From positions 14,260,001 to 14,324,000 of the forward strand of contig NC_043007.1 in NCBI RefSeq assembly GCF_006345805.1: 64,000 nt of DNA. Reading direction: 5' to 3'. This stretch comes from Octopus sinensis. Lineage: Eukaryota. Position numbers and translations under genes: made by a program. This document shows, piece by piece, positions 10,917-24,530 of the stretch. Numbering within the stretch: the first letter of the stretch is position 1; each line of letters starts with the position of its first letter. The notes beneath the pieces were generated by a model. It was not told the DNA's origin, searched no databases, and saw only the letters and a program-made list of their open reading frames with translations.

Positions 10917-12965
10917 TTCTAAACCAATTACATGTCCTGCCCGTGCTGGCCGTTGTCCTCAACAATGTACCTCAGCTACCACATTCTTTACTAAAAACAT
11001 TTTTCCATTACTTTCCAGAATTGCAACCCACTGAAATTCATACCTCACTCCTTTTCCTTTTGTTTTTTGTTTTTTTCACCTTCAGATATCAATCTATACC
11101 AATAAAATCATTGCACCCTTCAGAGAAGCATGTACATATCTGTGTGTATGCACAAAATTCATAAGCTCTGAGCTTCATCTTCTCACTAGACTAAATAAAA
11201 TAAACACAACATCATAACAGGAATCTATTTTAGACCATTTCTGCATATTATCTTGCTGAAACAGGTAAAAATTGGGGTTAAGAATTTAGCTTTGTGATCA
11301 GATGGTCTCAAGTTCAGTCCCACTAGGTGGCATCTTGAATATCTTCTTTTATAGCTTTAGGCTGGCCAATGCCTTGTAAGCGAAACCAGAAGATGAAAAC
11401 AGCGTGAAAACTTGTTTGTGTGTGTGTAAATGAATCATCATCATCATCATTTAACGTCCGTTCTCCATGCCAGCATGGGTTGGACGGTTCGACTGGGGAT
11501 CTGGGAAGCCAGAAGGCTGCACCAGGCTCCAGTCTTATCTGGCAATGTTTCTACGGCTGGATGCCTTTCCTAACGCCAACCACTCCGTGAGTGTAGTGGG
11601 TGCTTTTTACGTGCCACCCGCACAGGTGCCAGGCGAGGCTGGCCACGGTCGGATTGGTGCATTTTATGTGCCACCGGCACGGAAGCCAGTCGAGGCGGCG
11701 CTGGCATCGATACATAAAAACAACTATCCCAATATAAATTATGAAAGCAAAATTATAGGAAGTAAATTGCATAATAGAAATACCACGTGGTATAATGCTT
11801 GCTTCAGAATTCAAGTAACCATGGAGATCCTGAGAATTTTTCTTAAGACATTGTACACACATTTACTCTTCTCTAGCAGATATAGAAAGATGTTCAATAG
11901 ACATCCTATGAAGTTGTCATATTCCACTACACCTAATTTACTAGAATATTGTAGCAACTATTAACAGTAAGACACTGGAAACTAATACAGTAAACATATT
12001 TTATCTATTCAGACTCTAAAGACTAGCCTCAGTCTGTAACAAATAATACACATCTGATTCAAAATATGGCGATGATAATATGTTATATCCTCTTAGTAAT
12101 AATACTCTTTTTTACTCTAGGCACAAGGCCCAAAATATTTGGGGAGAGGGGGGCCAGTCGATTAGATTGATTCCAGTACGCAACTGGCAGTTGATTTATC
12201 GACCCCGAAAAGATGAAAGGCAAAGTCGACCTTGGTGGAATTTGAACTCAGAACATAAAGACGAAATACTGCTAAGCATTTCGCCCGACAAGCAAATGCT
12301 ACTGCCAGCTTGCCGCCTTAAGTATTCTTTTCTACTCTAGACACAAGGCCTGAAATTGTGGGGGAGGGCGGGGGCAGTCGATTAGATCAACCCCAGTATG
12401 CAACTGATACTTAATTTATTGACCCCAAAAAGATGAAAGGCAAAGTCGACTTGAACTCAGAACATAAAAATAGACGAAATACTGCTAAGCATTTTGCCCT
12501 GCGTGCTTACGTTTCTGCCAGCTTACCGCCCCGTTTTAGTAATAATATTAGCACTAATAGAATAAGGCCTCTTATGGTTACATACTTAATAGAATGTGCA
12601 ACTGTTCAAACCATGATAAATACTCTTAGACAACCAATGTTTAAGAAATAACTTAATGCTTAGTCAAAACATGCAAGAATGTCCATTATGACATTAGAGC
12701 TACTGTTCCAAAATTCAAGATCAGATACAAAACCATTTTCATTTTTTTTAAATACAAAAGAAAACTGCACTTCAGTTGCCAAGTTCACCTGGGATCTCAA
12801 AGGAAAAAATATATACTACTTATTTCGTGGTCTGTTGTAGTTAGTGCTCCTCTTTATAGAAAGGATAGTTAGAGCTGCATTTTGAGCTCCATAGAGGCAC
12901 TGGAAATCTTCAATTGTAGATCCAATTTAATTAGTGAGCATAATGAGTCATTAATTCATTGTTCA

Positions 12966-13397
12966 TCTCTATATATATAAACGGCAGTTTGTCTGTCTGT
13001 GTGTCTGTCAGGTTGTACCCTCACCCTGACCACAGCTTTCAACCGATTCTGATGAAACTTGACACACACATAGCCCACTGTCATAATTCAAAACTAACGC
13101 AGTGAAAATTTTGAAAAGTTCCCCCAGTTCTGAAAAAAATCGATAAATTCAACATGGGGTCGAGAATCTAAGCTTTTTATATGCAACACATTTTCTGTCT
13201 AGGGGACACAACTCGACCTTTTTATCGCCCAAAGGGACAGCTAGGAACATCGTATACACAGAAGTATTCGAGTGAAGAGAAGACATTGCAACCTACACAT
13301 GCGCCTTCGTTCCCTAGAGGGAAAGGACTAGATTGGGATTAGTCGTTGCCTACTAGGGGCTCTTACATACCCGGGCAACGCTGGACTATGCTGCTAG
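12966..13397 (+). mobile_element. Non-autonomous Helitron
   Basis: A|TC…CTAG|T termini, subterminal hairpin ccgggcaacgctgg, no TSD. Confidence 0.8.
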
Positions 13398-13806
13398 TAC
13401 TTAATAAAACTTCTTAAAATTTCCAAGTAAAAATCCTACATAAACACCTTACCTAGATCTAAGATTAATGTCTGTGTCCCATTCTTATGGATTTTACTGT
13501 CCTACTGGAAAAATCTTTTATGTAACATACCAAGTTCACATTTCTTAAGTAATCTTTAATCTAACCCTTAACCATTGCACCTAATTTAATTTAATCGCAT
13601 TTAACTCTAGTAAATCTAATAATTCTAGAACTGATAATAGAAGTGAACAATAATTTACACACACAATTATTATGCTTTCAGTAGAACCTTCTGGTACTTA
13701 TTCTATTGGACACTTTTGCTGAACTACTAAGTTATGGGGATGTAAACAAACCAGCACTGGTTTTCAAGTGGTAGTGAGGAACAAACATGAACACAAGGAT
13801 ACACAC

Positions 13807-13845
<39 letters not shown>

Positions 13846-14799
13846 ATATACAGCTGGCTTACAGTTTCTGCGTACCAAATCCACTCAGAAAGTTCTGGTT
13901 GAGCCTGGGATTATAGTAGAAGATACTTGCCCAAGGTACCATGCAGGGGGATTGAACCTAGAACCATGTAGCTGAGATGCAAACTTACAGCCATGGCTGC
14001 ACACACATCAGATTGTTCACAATTGCTACTGGTAATGTGTAGAGCAGCAAGCTGGCAGAATCATTCGCACGCAGGGCAAAATGCTTAGCGGTATTTCGTC
14101 TGCCGTTATGTTCCAAGTTCAAATTCCACCGAGGGTCAATTAAATAAATACCAGTTATGCACTGGGGTCGATATAATCGACTATATCCGTTTGTCTGTCC
14201 TTGTTTGTCTCTCTCTGTGTTTAGCCCCTTGTGAGTAGTAAAGAAATAGATATTTTGTCTGCCACTATGTTCCGAGCCGGCAGAATTGTTAGCACGCCGG
14301 GGGAAATGCGTAGCCATATTTCGTCTGCCGTTATGTTCTGAGTTCAAATTCCGCCGAGGTCGACTTTACCTTTCATCCTTTCGGGGTCGATAAATTAAGT
14401 ACCAGTTACGCACTGGGGTCGATGTAATCAACTTAATCCCTTTGTCTATCCTTGTTTAGCCCCCTGTGGGCAATAAATATATTGGTAATGTGTAGTCTAG
14501 TAGGGTCAGTTGCATAGTCTGGCTGTTGGTGACTAAACTGGTTCCTTGGTGAAGAGGATTTCTAGAAACACAGCAGAACAACAAACAAGGCCAGTGAAGA
14601 GCAGAACCCAGTACAGGATCAATGACTATCTAGCAAGAGTACAAGGAATTAGAAATTCTGAGTTAGTCTTGAGCATGCTACAAGACCACTGAGAGTTGTG
14701 AGGGACCTTTAGCTTTAGTTAAAGCATGTCTAAGCACAATAAATATAAATGTATTTAGAAAAGTGAAGAGAAACAAGTCAAAAGTCTGTTGTTTTGTTT

Positions 14800-17048
14800 T
14801 TCTTTTTAAAAAGAGCTACATTTATTCTATCAAAATTTGCTTTGGTGGAAAAGAATAAAGAAAAATAAAAATGAAAATAAAAATTTAAATCAGTTGAGGA
14901 AAAAAAAAACAATTAAAAAAAAAACTCTCTAAGAGAGTACCACAGCCAATGATATGTTACCAAATTGTTAAATGTCTTTCCATTGCCAACTATTTCAGAG
15001 GCGGCAGAGCCAGTGGTCTAATACAAGTTATACCATTTCCTTCATTCACAACAGAACAGAGGAATCACAAGAGAATCAAAGACAAAAAAATATGATTATG
15101 ATAAAAAAAAAAAGTGGAAAATGTGTTTTTTTTTTGTTTGGGATTTTTTTTCTTGTTTTTCCAACTACTGAATAAAAAAAAATGGTGCTAAAATTGATTT
15201 ATGAAATTAAAAAAAAAAAGAATAATGACCATTTGGCTTTAATACAAAAAGAAAAAAATTAAAAAATAAACTGATGGTGGATTGGATTGTGTGTTAGAAT
15301 ATTTTAATAAATAGCATGTAATTTATTTTAAATATGTGAATTTGATGAAGACATGAAAGAAATGATTAAAAATTAATTGATAAATGAGTTAATGAAATTT
15401 CAAAAAAAATAATTACAAGAGGTAAAAAAAGAAAATCCAGGTTTAGGTAAGTTTGAATCTATCGTTATCGAAAAGGAAGTTTATCAAAACTTTGTGTGAG
15501 AAATGAGTGGGTGGGGAATAAAAGAAAATAGAAACTAATAGATTCTCTGTTTGGTGAAAACAGAATTAATAAAAAAAAAAAAAAATTAAAAAAAAAAAGA
15601 GATCTTAAAAAATTTGGGTTTTTTTTAAATACATATCTTACATTGTTTTGGAGGGTATTTTTTTGTTTGTGTGTGTATGTGTGTGTGTGTGGTGTGTGTG
15701 TGTGCTTTGATTTGATTTTGAAATCAATGATACAAATCGAAGTAAGGTTTTTCATTTCTGCAATAGAAAGGAATTTCAAGAAATCAAAAATTTATAAAGA
15801 ATAAATATTATAAAGATGAAAGGGGTTGAAAAATGAAAAATTTATAGAAAAGTAATATACACATAATCTTTATTTTATTCCTAACCAAACCAGTATTTCA
15901 GATTAATTTTAAAAGAAGACACTTTAATAGCAACAAATTTTCTCCCCCCCAAAAGAATCTTTAAAATTTTACAAAAAGACCATTACATAATCTGACTAGA
16001 TAAGAATTCTTTGAAAACAATGAAATTTACATGACAAACAAAAAGCATACTTTGATGACGATAATAATAATAATAATGATAATAATAATAATAATAATAA
16101 TAAAAAAATCATTTCTTCCATGTCATACAGGTACAGAGACACTGAAATATGTTTAAATAGATTTACTAAAAAGCTGTAAATATTTTGCTTCCAAGGAGAA
16201 GTTGTTTTCTAGCTGATTAATTAATTATGAAGGAAATGGCTAAATATCTAATTACTACTGACATTAAATATTTTATATTGGTTGATAAAATACCAAGTGT
16301 GAAGTATAGGTTATGAAATAAAGAATACCAAATCCATTTCCAAAAAATATATATATTTATATATACTGTTTAAATTCCTTATTTTGGTATGTACTCAGAG
16401 TATATATCACATCCTACCATAATCAATTCTGAAAGACAGGTGATTTAAAAAGATCCATGGCATTTTTATTTTTTTATTTCCAGTAAGAAACACCAGAAGT
16501 GACACTAAGCGAATGAGTCACTAATTAATATTTTTAGTGTGTAAACCACTTTTCTTCTTTTTTTTTTAAATTTTTAATTTTAAATACAAATATTTAGTTA
16601 ATACCCAGAAAACTGAATGTTGTTCTATGACCGTGTATTAAGAAATAAAGAGTAAAGAAGTAGAAGATTTTAAAGACAACTGATACCATGCCATTAAACA
16701 GACAAGGGTTAATGCCAATACGTAGAAATACAAAACAGAAAATTCGTAAACTATTTAAAATTAATTTAACATAAATTGCTACCATGTCTACCAGAAGAAA
16801 AGAAAAAAAAAAACTAGTCATACATTTCTATGAGAGATAACTACCGAGACTGATATGTAGGAGTGTAAATAACTGTTTAATACTATTAGAATCTACCAAG
16901 AGATACTAAAATTATATAACATTGTGTCACTGTGTCTAACATTGTCAGAGCTGAACAAGTTATAAAGGTTTTATCGAAATATTGTAATTCAATAAATTAC
17001 TTATAATTGTTTCAAATGAAAATAATAATTACATACACATATGTACAT

Positions 17049-17112
<64 letters not shown>

Positions 17113-20100
17113 TAGACATACATACATACATATATACACATATATAAAACAAATTTAAGATTTATTAAAATATTAAAACCAGCACCCAACAGATTTGTTA
17201 CATGTAGCAAAATGGAAGTAGAAGAAAAAAAATTCAAGTTATTTTAGAATTTAAACACTGGAATGTTAGGAAAGCAATATTTTAGCATATTAAATTTCTT
17301 CCCTAAAACCAGTTGAATAATAATAATAATATAATAATAATAATAATAATCATAATTATAATAATAATGATAATAATAAGAATAATGATAATAATAATAA
17401 TAAAGTGACAAGAATGTATTACCCACCCGGCCCGTATAAAATTGAAAAAAGCAAATTCCAAATGTATCACTAACCACATTCAATTTGTGAAAGAATATTA
17501 AAAAATAGACTGTAAATCAACAAGTGTCTTGGATTTTAGTGGACACATTCCAATATGATGTGACTAGCACCATAAACAAACAAAACTAAACTTCAAAAAG
17601 CTGCTGTGTTAACAACCGAAGCTATTCCACTTCAAAAATCATACTTCCGACAACAGAACAACATGTAATAGCTCAGCTTTAACACACAAATATAGGAATA
17701 TTTTTCTTTTTTTTTTTTTTCATTTATTTATTTATTTATTTATTTCCAAATATGCATTTCATATGATAAATATAAAAAGCAACTAGGTAGTTTTGAAACG
17801 ATCATAAAATAACAACAGAATGGGTCCTCCATCAGGAGAGAACTTGTTTTAGACTGGGAGAAACATAATGAAAGAAATGGAATGTTTTTAATATTTTTTA
17901 TTGTGGAAGGGAGAAAGTGTGAGAAGAAACTTTATTCTTCATTGATTATGGTATATTATTGGAGGAAATGTTATAGCATTTCACTTTGGTTTTCAGCTGT
18001 GAGTAAGCAACATTATTGACTTTGGTTCTAACTAATGCAACAGGTTAGACTTTTTAAGACAAATATAAAAAAGGAATAAATAAACTAGAAATAGAACACA
18101 ATTACAAATCAAATAAATATTTAGGCCATTGCTTATTGAGTAATAAGATTAAAATAATATTTGTTGGGCAAACCACTATTATGGTGAGAGAACAAAAAGA
18201 AGAATGAATGGGATAATCTAGACAATAAACTACTCCTAGATTTTGGCTTACTTTAAAAGAATAATATGTGCTTTGAGCTATTCTAACTTACAGAATGTTT
18301 CGGCCACTTTTGTCATCAGCTCTCGTCTTTCCCAACAATTAAGAACCATATCTTAGGTATGTAGCATTCTAGCATTGGATAGGGGACAAATATCGCTAAT
18401 CCTGTGTTAAATCCGATGAGGAAAAAGTTTCTCTTTTTTTTTTTTATCAAGTTATTACAAACTGACGAAAGATTTCTTTAAAAAGAAAAAAAAAAAAATT
18501 GGTAAAAATCACAGCAAATGTAAAATGTTTAGCTGAATTCAGGTTTTTAAGTAAACAATCAGATTACAAGAAAGGAAGAGGAGGAGGAGTAGGGGGTGGG
18601 GGACAACCCAGAAACAAAACAGAAAACAGTGATGAGAAGATTAGAAATGTTAAAAATTACTTCAGCAGAATACTGTTTGGGTGGAATCTCACCTGGAGAA
18701 AGGCTGGACAGATAGCAAGAACAGCAATAATTATAGAACGGTTAACAATACAAAACAATCTATGCAGCATGTATCAACAGTTAACAGCAGGAAAATCAAT
18801 GAAGACAGAGACCAGTATGCCATAGACAGAAGGAGTGAAAATATGTATACATTAGAGAGATTTATAACAGAAGGAATTACTGAAGCTGATGTAACAGAAC
18901 TAATTTTGCAAAGTAAAATGTGGACGGATGATTGAGATTAAATTCATGATAGTTGTGTGAAGCAATATTATTTTGTTCAAGTATATAAAGCCTGTAGAAA
19001 CGCATTTAATGGACAGAAGAGACAGAAATCCATAATCCTGCAAGGTATTTTTCAAATATAACAACCAAATGATTTACCATTAAAACAACTGGATAAGTTC
19101 ATTTTGCTTTGGACATTGATTAAAAAGTGTAGTAAAAAAAAAAAGAATTTGCTGAGTTGGAAAAAAAAAACAAAATTCTTGGAAGGATTTCAACATATTT
19201 ACAAATGTCGGATGGAATACAAGTTCAACTTGTGTTATACAACGCAAGTTGTGGCATAAATTACTTTTAAGAAACACTGTTTTCATTTTGCTTAAATTAA
19301 AACACTATTTTTTTTTTTCTTTTCTAAATATAAATTTCTAGAAATGAAAATTTTTGATTTGAAAAAAAAAAAAAACAACAAAATTATAACTCATGCACAC
19401 ACAATAGCATTTGAATACAGTAGAATAAGGAAATATATTATAATGATAAGAAACTGTTTATAAATCCAGATGTTATCTTCCAGTTGAACATGAATTTTCA
19501 CAAGTTAGGGACAACCGTTACCATCAATCACTTTATTTTAAGCATTTTTTTTTCCACTCCAAAATATCATATGCTTATATCAAACATGTAGCATAAACCA
19601 ACTTGTAATTTCTTTTTTATTTATTTTTACTTTATAAATAATTTTATATATATATATATAAAAAAAAATTCAAATAACTGGAATGCTGTAAAATGAATAC
19701 AGGATTTATAAAGCCTCGTTGACCAAACCATGAAAGATATTACCAAGACGATATCTGTACAATATACACCGGGAGAAATGTATCTCCAATTGATAATATA
19801 TAAGCAGTTGTAAATATTTTTTTAAAAAATGAAGAAAAAGAAATTATAGAATCAAAGATTCCTTTGTTCTAGAAGATGAAAATCTTCTGTGAAAGACATA
19901 AGTAAACAAATGATGTTCATTCAGTAGCAAGTGTAGTGATAAGCAGTTGAAACTGTTTACAGAATGAATTATTATTATAATGCTTCAGATATTGTCACCT
20001 CAGCTCATTATTCTAGCACCGATTGAAAAGAGAAAACATTTTGTCCTAAAACATTTGTATAGTACAAAATGGCAGATGAAAAATGACAACTTCATTAAAA

Positions 20101-20153
20101 GAAAGGAAGGAATGGGGCGAAGAAAGAAGACAAGAAATACTAAGTAACATTAA

Positions 20154-20216
<63 letters not shown>

Positions 20217-20624
20217 AATGATAATGGTTTCTATCATAGGCACAAGGCCACAAGTTTTGCAAAGTTGACTCTGGCGGGATTTGAACTTAGAACATAAAGG
20301 GCTTGAAGAAATACCTCAAAGTATTTTTCCAACGCTCTAACAATTCTATCAACCCACCACCCTATAATAATAATAATAATAATAATAATAATTAATAATA
20401 ATAATAATTAATAATAATAATAATTAATAATAATAATAATGGTTTCTAATATAGGCACAAGGCCACAAATTTTGAGGAAAGAAATAGCTGATATTTTATC
20501 CTTCCCAGAGAGATGAAAGGCAAAGTCAACCACAGTGGGATTTGAACTCAGAGCGTAAAGGGACATAACTAAATACTACAAAGTATTTTGTCCACTACTC
20601 TACCGATTCAACCAGCCACTACTC

Positions 20625-20656
<32 letters not shown>

Positions 20657-23130
20657 TAGTTTCTAATTTAAGTAGAAGGCCAGCAATTTTTAAGGGAAGG
20701 GTGTCAGTCAATACCATTAATTCCAGTATTGGACCGTTACTTTAATTTTATCAACCCCAAAAGGATGAAAGGCAGAGTTGACCTTGGAAGGATTTGAACT
20801 CAGAATGTTAAGAGCCAGAACAAATACTGCAAGGCATATCGTCCAACACTGTAACCATTCTGCCAATCCATCGCAAATAATAATAATAATAATAATAGTA
20901 ATAATAATAATGATAATAATAATAATACTAATAATGGCAAACCGCAAAAGCATTTGGCTCATATTTTATCAGACATCACTCATACCAGTGCTATTGTTGC
21001 CCGCTTTATCACTTAAGGCCAATTACTCAGCCAGGTAAAGGAAAATTAAATTTATGTGGCATTGCAGCGCTGACATTTTGTCTATGGAAATAGTTCAATG
21101 AATATGTGCAGACAATAAGCAACACAAAATAAACCCCCGCCACACACACACACACACACCCAAAACCCATGAAGAATATCACAAGAACAGATATAACAAG
21201 AGCAATATTTTTAAGTACTTTGATAATCTCAAAAAAAAAAAAAAAATTTTTTTCTTTTTAAACTATTGTTAGTTCATTTTATTTGAGATATCAAGATTCA
21301 TTAATGCTTTTACCTCTCCGTTCACTTTTCAACACTGAGCCCTTTTATTAATTATCATCATTATCATTATTATCATTATTATTATTAAATTGGATGTTAA
21401 TTCCTGAAACAATTCAGAATGACTAGAAGATAGAGTTCCTTCCAACTTGGCTTCAAACCACATCATAAGTTTTATATTAAGTTTTGAGGAAGAGACTAAA
21501 TTCTAAGCAATTTATTTTACTAAATTGGTAAATAAATACTATTTGCCAACTAAGACAACAGTAGGTTTCTCCAAGAACATAAGAAAATATCAGATAAGAA
21601 TATGCTAACTTCTTCAATAAAAAAAAAAAAGTATCAATCTAAAAGTTCTTTAAAGAAATTTACTTTGTAATTGAAGACAGAAAAAAAAAAATGGAGACAA
21701 ACAAACATTGCCAATTTTTAAAATAAGCAATAATAACGGTTAATTCAATAAAAGAAAAAGAGTTATGGAAGGGACAGTGATTTGTCACAGAGAACTAAGT
21801 TTCAGTGAATTCTGTGGGATGTTTAGTGTCTATGGTTACTATAATAGGCAGAGGTGAGCTTTATTTGAAAATGTCTATTTTCTGTGGAGTTTTTCGAATA
21901 TTTGGTTACTACAGTCAGCAGAGGTGAGCTTTACTTGAAATATGTCCATGCGTAGTGAAGGTAATAATAAAACATAACCAGATTTAAGACTGGAATACCG
22001 AGTGCAGGCAGACAGAAAATGTTGGTGAAGTTTTAGTTGTGCTAAATGTTTGCTTGGATGGATTCTTCAGAAGGAAAAATGAGTTAGGGAGAAATAAGCA
22101 CATTGGGATTTTCCTGGAGGGGGTTCTTCTGTTTTTGGTGGGGTTTTTTTTTAGTTCTTTTTTTTTTTTCATTTTGTTTTAGAATTGGATGGATTTACGA
22201 TGTCTGTTAAATAAATGAACCACATCATTGAAGATTGAATTGCAGCAAGGCTTCATACAACTGCTTTCAACTTTCTTTGTGGAGCACAGGAAAAAGAAGG
22301 AAAAGACGGCTTTGAATTAGACATTTCTAGGAGAAGCAATATTAAAGTTTAAAAGAAATACTTTTCTTGTTTATTCTCCCTCCCTATCTTCACTACATTA
22401 ATAGTTGATATAATATTTTCACATTTGATGTTTCCATACTCATTAAATTTAGACAGAAAAATCATAAATTAATACCTAACTAGGATTTTGGTTCAGAATA
22501 TGTAAAAAAAAAAAAAAAAAAAAAAGAAAAAAGAAAGAAAAGTCTTTTTTAATTTTGTAGAGACCCAAATAGAATCAATTTTTACATTTATCAATTTTAT
22601 CAATTATCTAGAAGAAATAAAGAAAAATTAGAGATTCTAAAGATTTCTTTTACAAAAATTATTGACCTGAAAACCATTTTTAAGTCAATAATTTTGTTTG
22701 CTGTAAAAATGGATCAAATGGGTTGGAGTAGACCCCTGGGTATTTTATTAGAAAATAATCGATATTGAAGAAAGGAAGACATGAAAAGACTTTTTTTAAA
22801 TTAAAAAAAAAATTCTGTTTCAAAACCATGTATATCTGTAATTCTCACAATGCCTTTTTTTTTTTCGGTTTTTAGGGGAGTTTAAATCTAGTAACTATTT
22901 TAAAAATCTAAATGGAATCTATTTTAATGGAGATTTTAATATACAACCAGGTAGAAGACGGTAGGTAAATAAATCGAGAGGAGAGGGGAGGGAGAATTCA
23001 GAACATAGAATCCTTAAATGATGGGTTTTCCTTTTCTATGGGAAGGTAAGTTTCACTAAATTTGTTATTGAATACCAATTTAACCAGCAGTAGAATCTAG
23101 CAGTAAACCAAGGTACGGTTTAAAATGACA
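14800..23130 (-). other. Candidate ~8.3 kb 3' UTR, with a distal AATAAA at 14821-14826
   Basis: Lies downstream of the stop codon. Almost free of the SINEs and MITEs that fill the rest of the window (only degraded pieces at ~20.2-20.8 kb). Strong strand asymmetry (U-rich on minus) and no credible ORF. Confidence 0.5.
17025..17410. repeat. (TA)n and (AAT)n microsatellites, representative of many in the window
   Basis: Direct reading; other (AAT)n tracts at ~16060, 20155, 20360, 20625 and 20875, and (ATCT)n at ~55605. Confidence 0.9.
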
Positions 23131-23537
23131 TTAACTTTCACAGTCAGGGGCGTACATGACAACAGCATCAGGTTCATACGTTATATTGCTTGGTCCATTT
23201 GTGGCCACTGACTCAGAGGTGTATGCAACAGCACTCTCTGGCATTGGAGAATAGGTGACCACTGTGTCAGGTGTGTAGGTGATCACCGTTTCGCTCTGGT
23301 ATTGAGTTGTAGCTGGGACAACCATTGCAACAGTTTGTTCTGGGGTTGCAACTGTTGCTAAAGTTGTAGCTTGATTGAGTTGATTATTACCGGGATTCTG
23401 TGGACATGGCCCCATTCTGGTGGGTGATATATTGTTGTTGCTGTCTGAGGGACCTTGGACAGTACTATACACTGAAGTTGCTCCGGAAAGTTCCAATAAT
23501 GACTGAGCAGCTTCTTGGAGAATATTTTGTTCATACA
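23131..23537 (-). CDS. Terminal coding exon of an unidentified minus-strand gene (Thr/Val/Pro/Tyr-rich C-terminus, possibly a nuclear regulator)
   Basis: Strong acceptor tttgtttattttcag| at 23538-23540. Phase-1 exon, open for 134 codons to TAA (…VYEQNILQEAAQSLLELSG…YAPDCES*). GC-richer than the flanks and followed by a long UTR-like tract. Confidence 0.72.
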
Positions 23538-24296
23538 CTGAAAATAAACAAATGGAAGGAAAAATATTAAAATATCTTAATATTTGGTTCCAAAACAAAC
23601 AAAAAATTTTTTAATTTCATCAAAATTCATCATCATAATTGCAACAGTGGTGCCCCAGCACAGACACAGTTCCCAAGCTGAAACTAGTTAACCCATGAGC
23701 ATTTAAACCGGTCATATCAGACCTAAACATTCTCTCCATTTTAGGTTCAAACCAGCCAAATGCAAACTGTCACACCTTCCCTACAAGGTCCTTCTAAAAA
23801 TAAGCAATCATCATCATCATCGTTTAACGTCCACTTTCCATGCAAGCATGGGTTGGACGATTTGACTGAGGTCTGGTGAACCAGATGGCTGCACCAGACT
23901 CCAATCTGATCTGGCAGAGTTTCTACAACTGGATACCCTTCCTAATGCCAACCACTCTGAGAGTGTAGTGGGTGCTTTTATGTGCCAGCGGCACGAGGGC
24001 CAGTCAGGCGGTACTGGCAACGGCCACGCTCAAATGGTACTTTTTATGTGCCACCTGCACAGGAGCCAGTCCAGCAGTACTGGCAATGACCTCACTCGAA
24101 TAGTTTTTCACATGCCACCAGCACAAGTGCCAGTAAGGCGACACAAGTAACGATCACGCTCGAATGGTGTTTTTTAGCAATAACATCATAAAAATTTCAA
24201 AGCTGCAAGATGATGCATGAATACTTGAAAATGATATGAATAAATAAACATTTGACAGAGAAATCTGAATGATAAAGGATTAAAGAGTTATATGAA

Positions 24297-24530
24297 GGCG
24301 GTGAGCTGGCAGAAACGTTAGCACGCCGGGCGAAATGCCTAGCGGTATTTCATCTGCCGCTGCGTTCTGAGTTCAAATTCCGCCGAGGTCGACTTTGCCT
24401 TTCATCCTTTCGGGGTCGATTAAATAAGTACCAGTTACACACTGGGGTCGATATAATCGACTTAATCCGTTTTTCTGTCCTTGTTTGTCTCCACTATGTT
24501 TAGCCCCTTGTGGGCAGTAAAGAAATAGGT
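24297..24530 (+). mobile_element. tRNA-derived Meta-domain SINE, representative (further copies ~12085-12530, 14045-14480, 20230-20830, 37016-37250, 42033-42420, 43975-44110, 44517-44750, 52328-52730, 53733-54020)
   Basis: ggcggtgagctggcagaaacgttagc…gagttcaaattcc followed by gcctttcatcctttcggggtcgat…aagtaccag (Meta-domain-like). Confidence 0.8.

Noticed and set aside
18499-18935. Plus-strand ORFs inside the UTR-like tract
   Set aside because: Short, non-ATG starts, no recognisable motifs or flanking splice structure.
20046-21038. Poly-Ile and Tyr-rich small ORFs (also 17001-17483 and the many YIYI/HTHT ORFs)
   Set aside because: Translations of (AAT)n, (TA)n and (CA)n microsatellites joined to SINE sequence.
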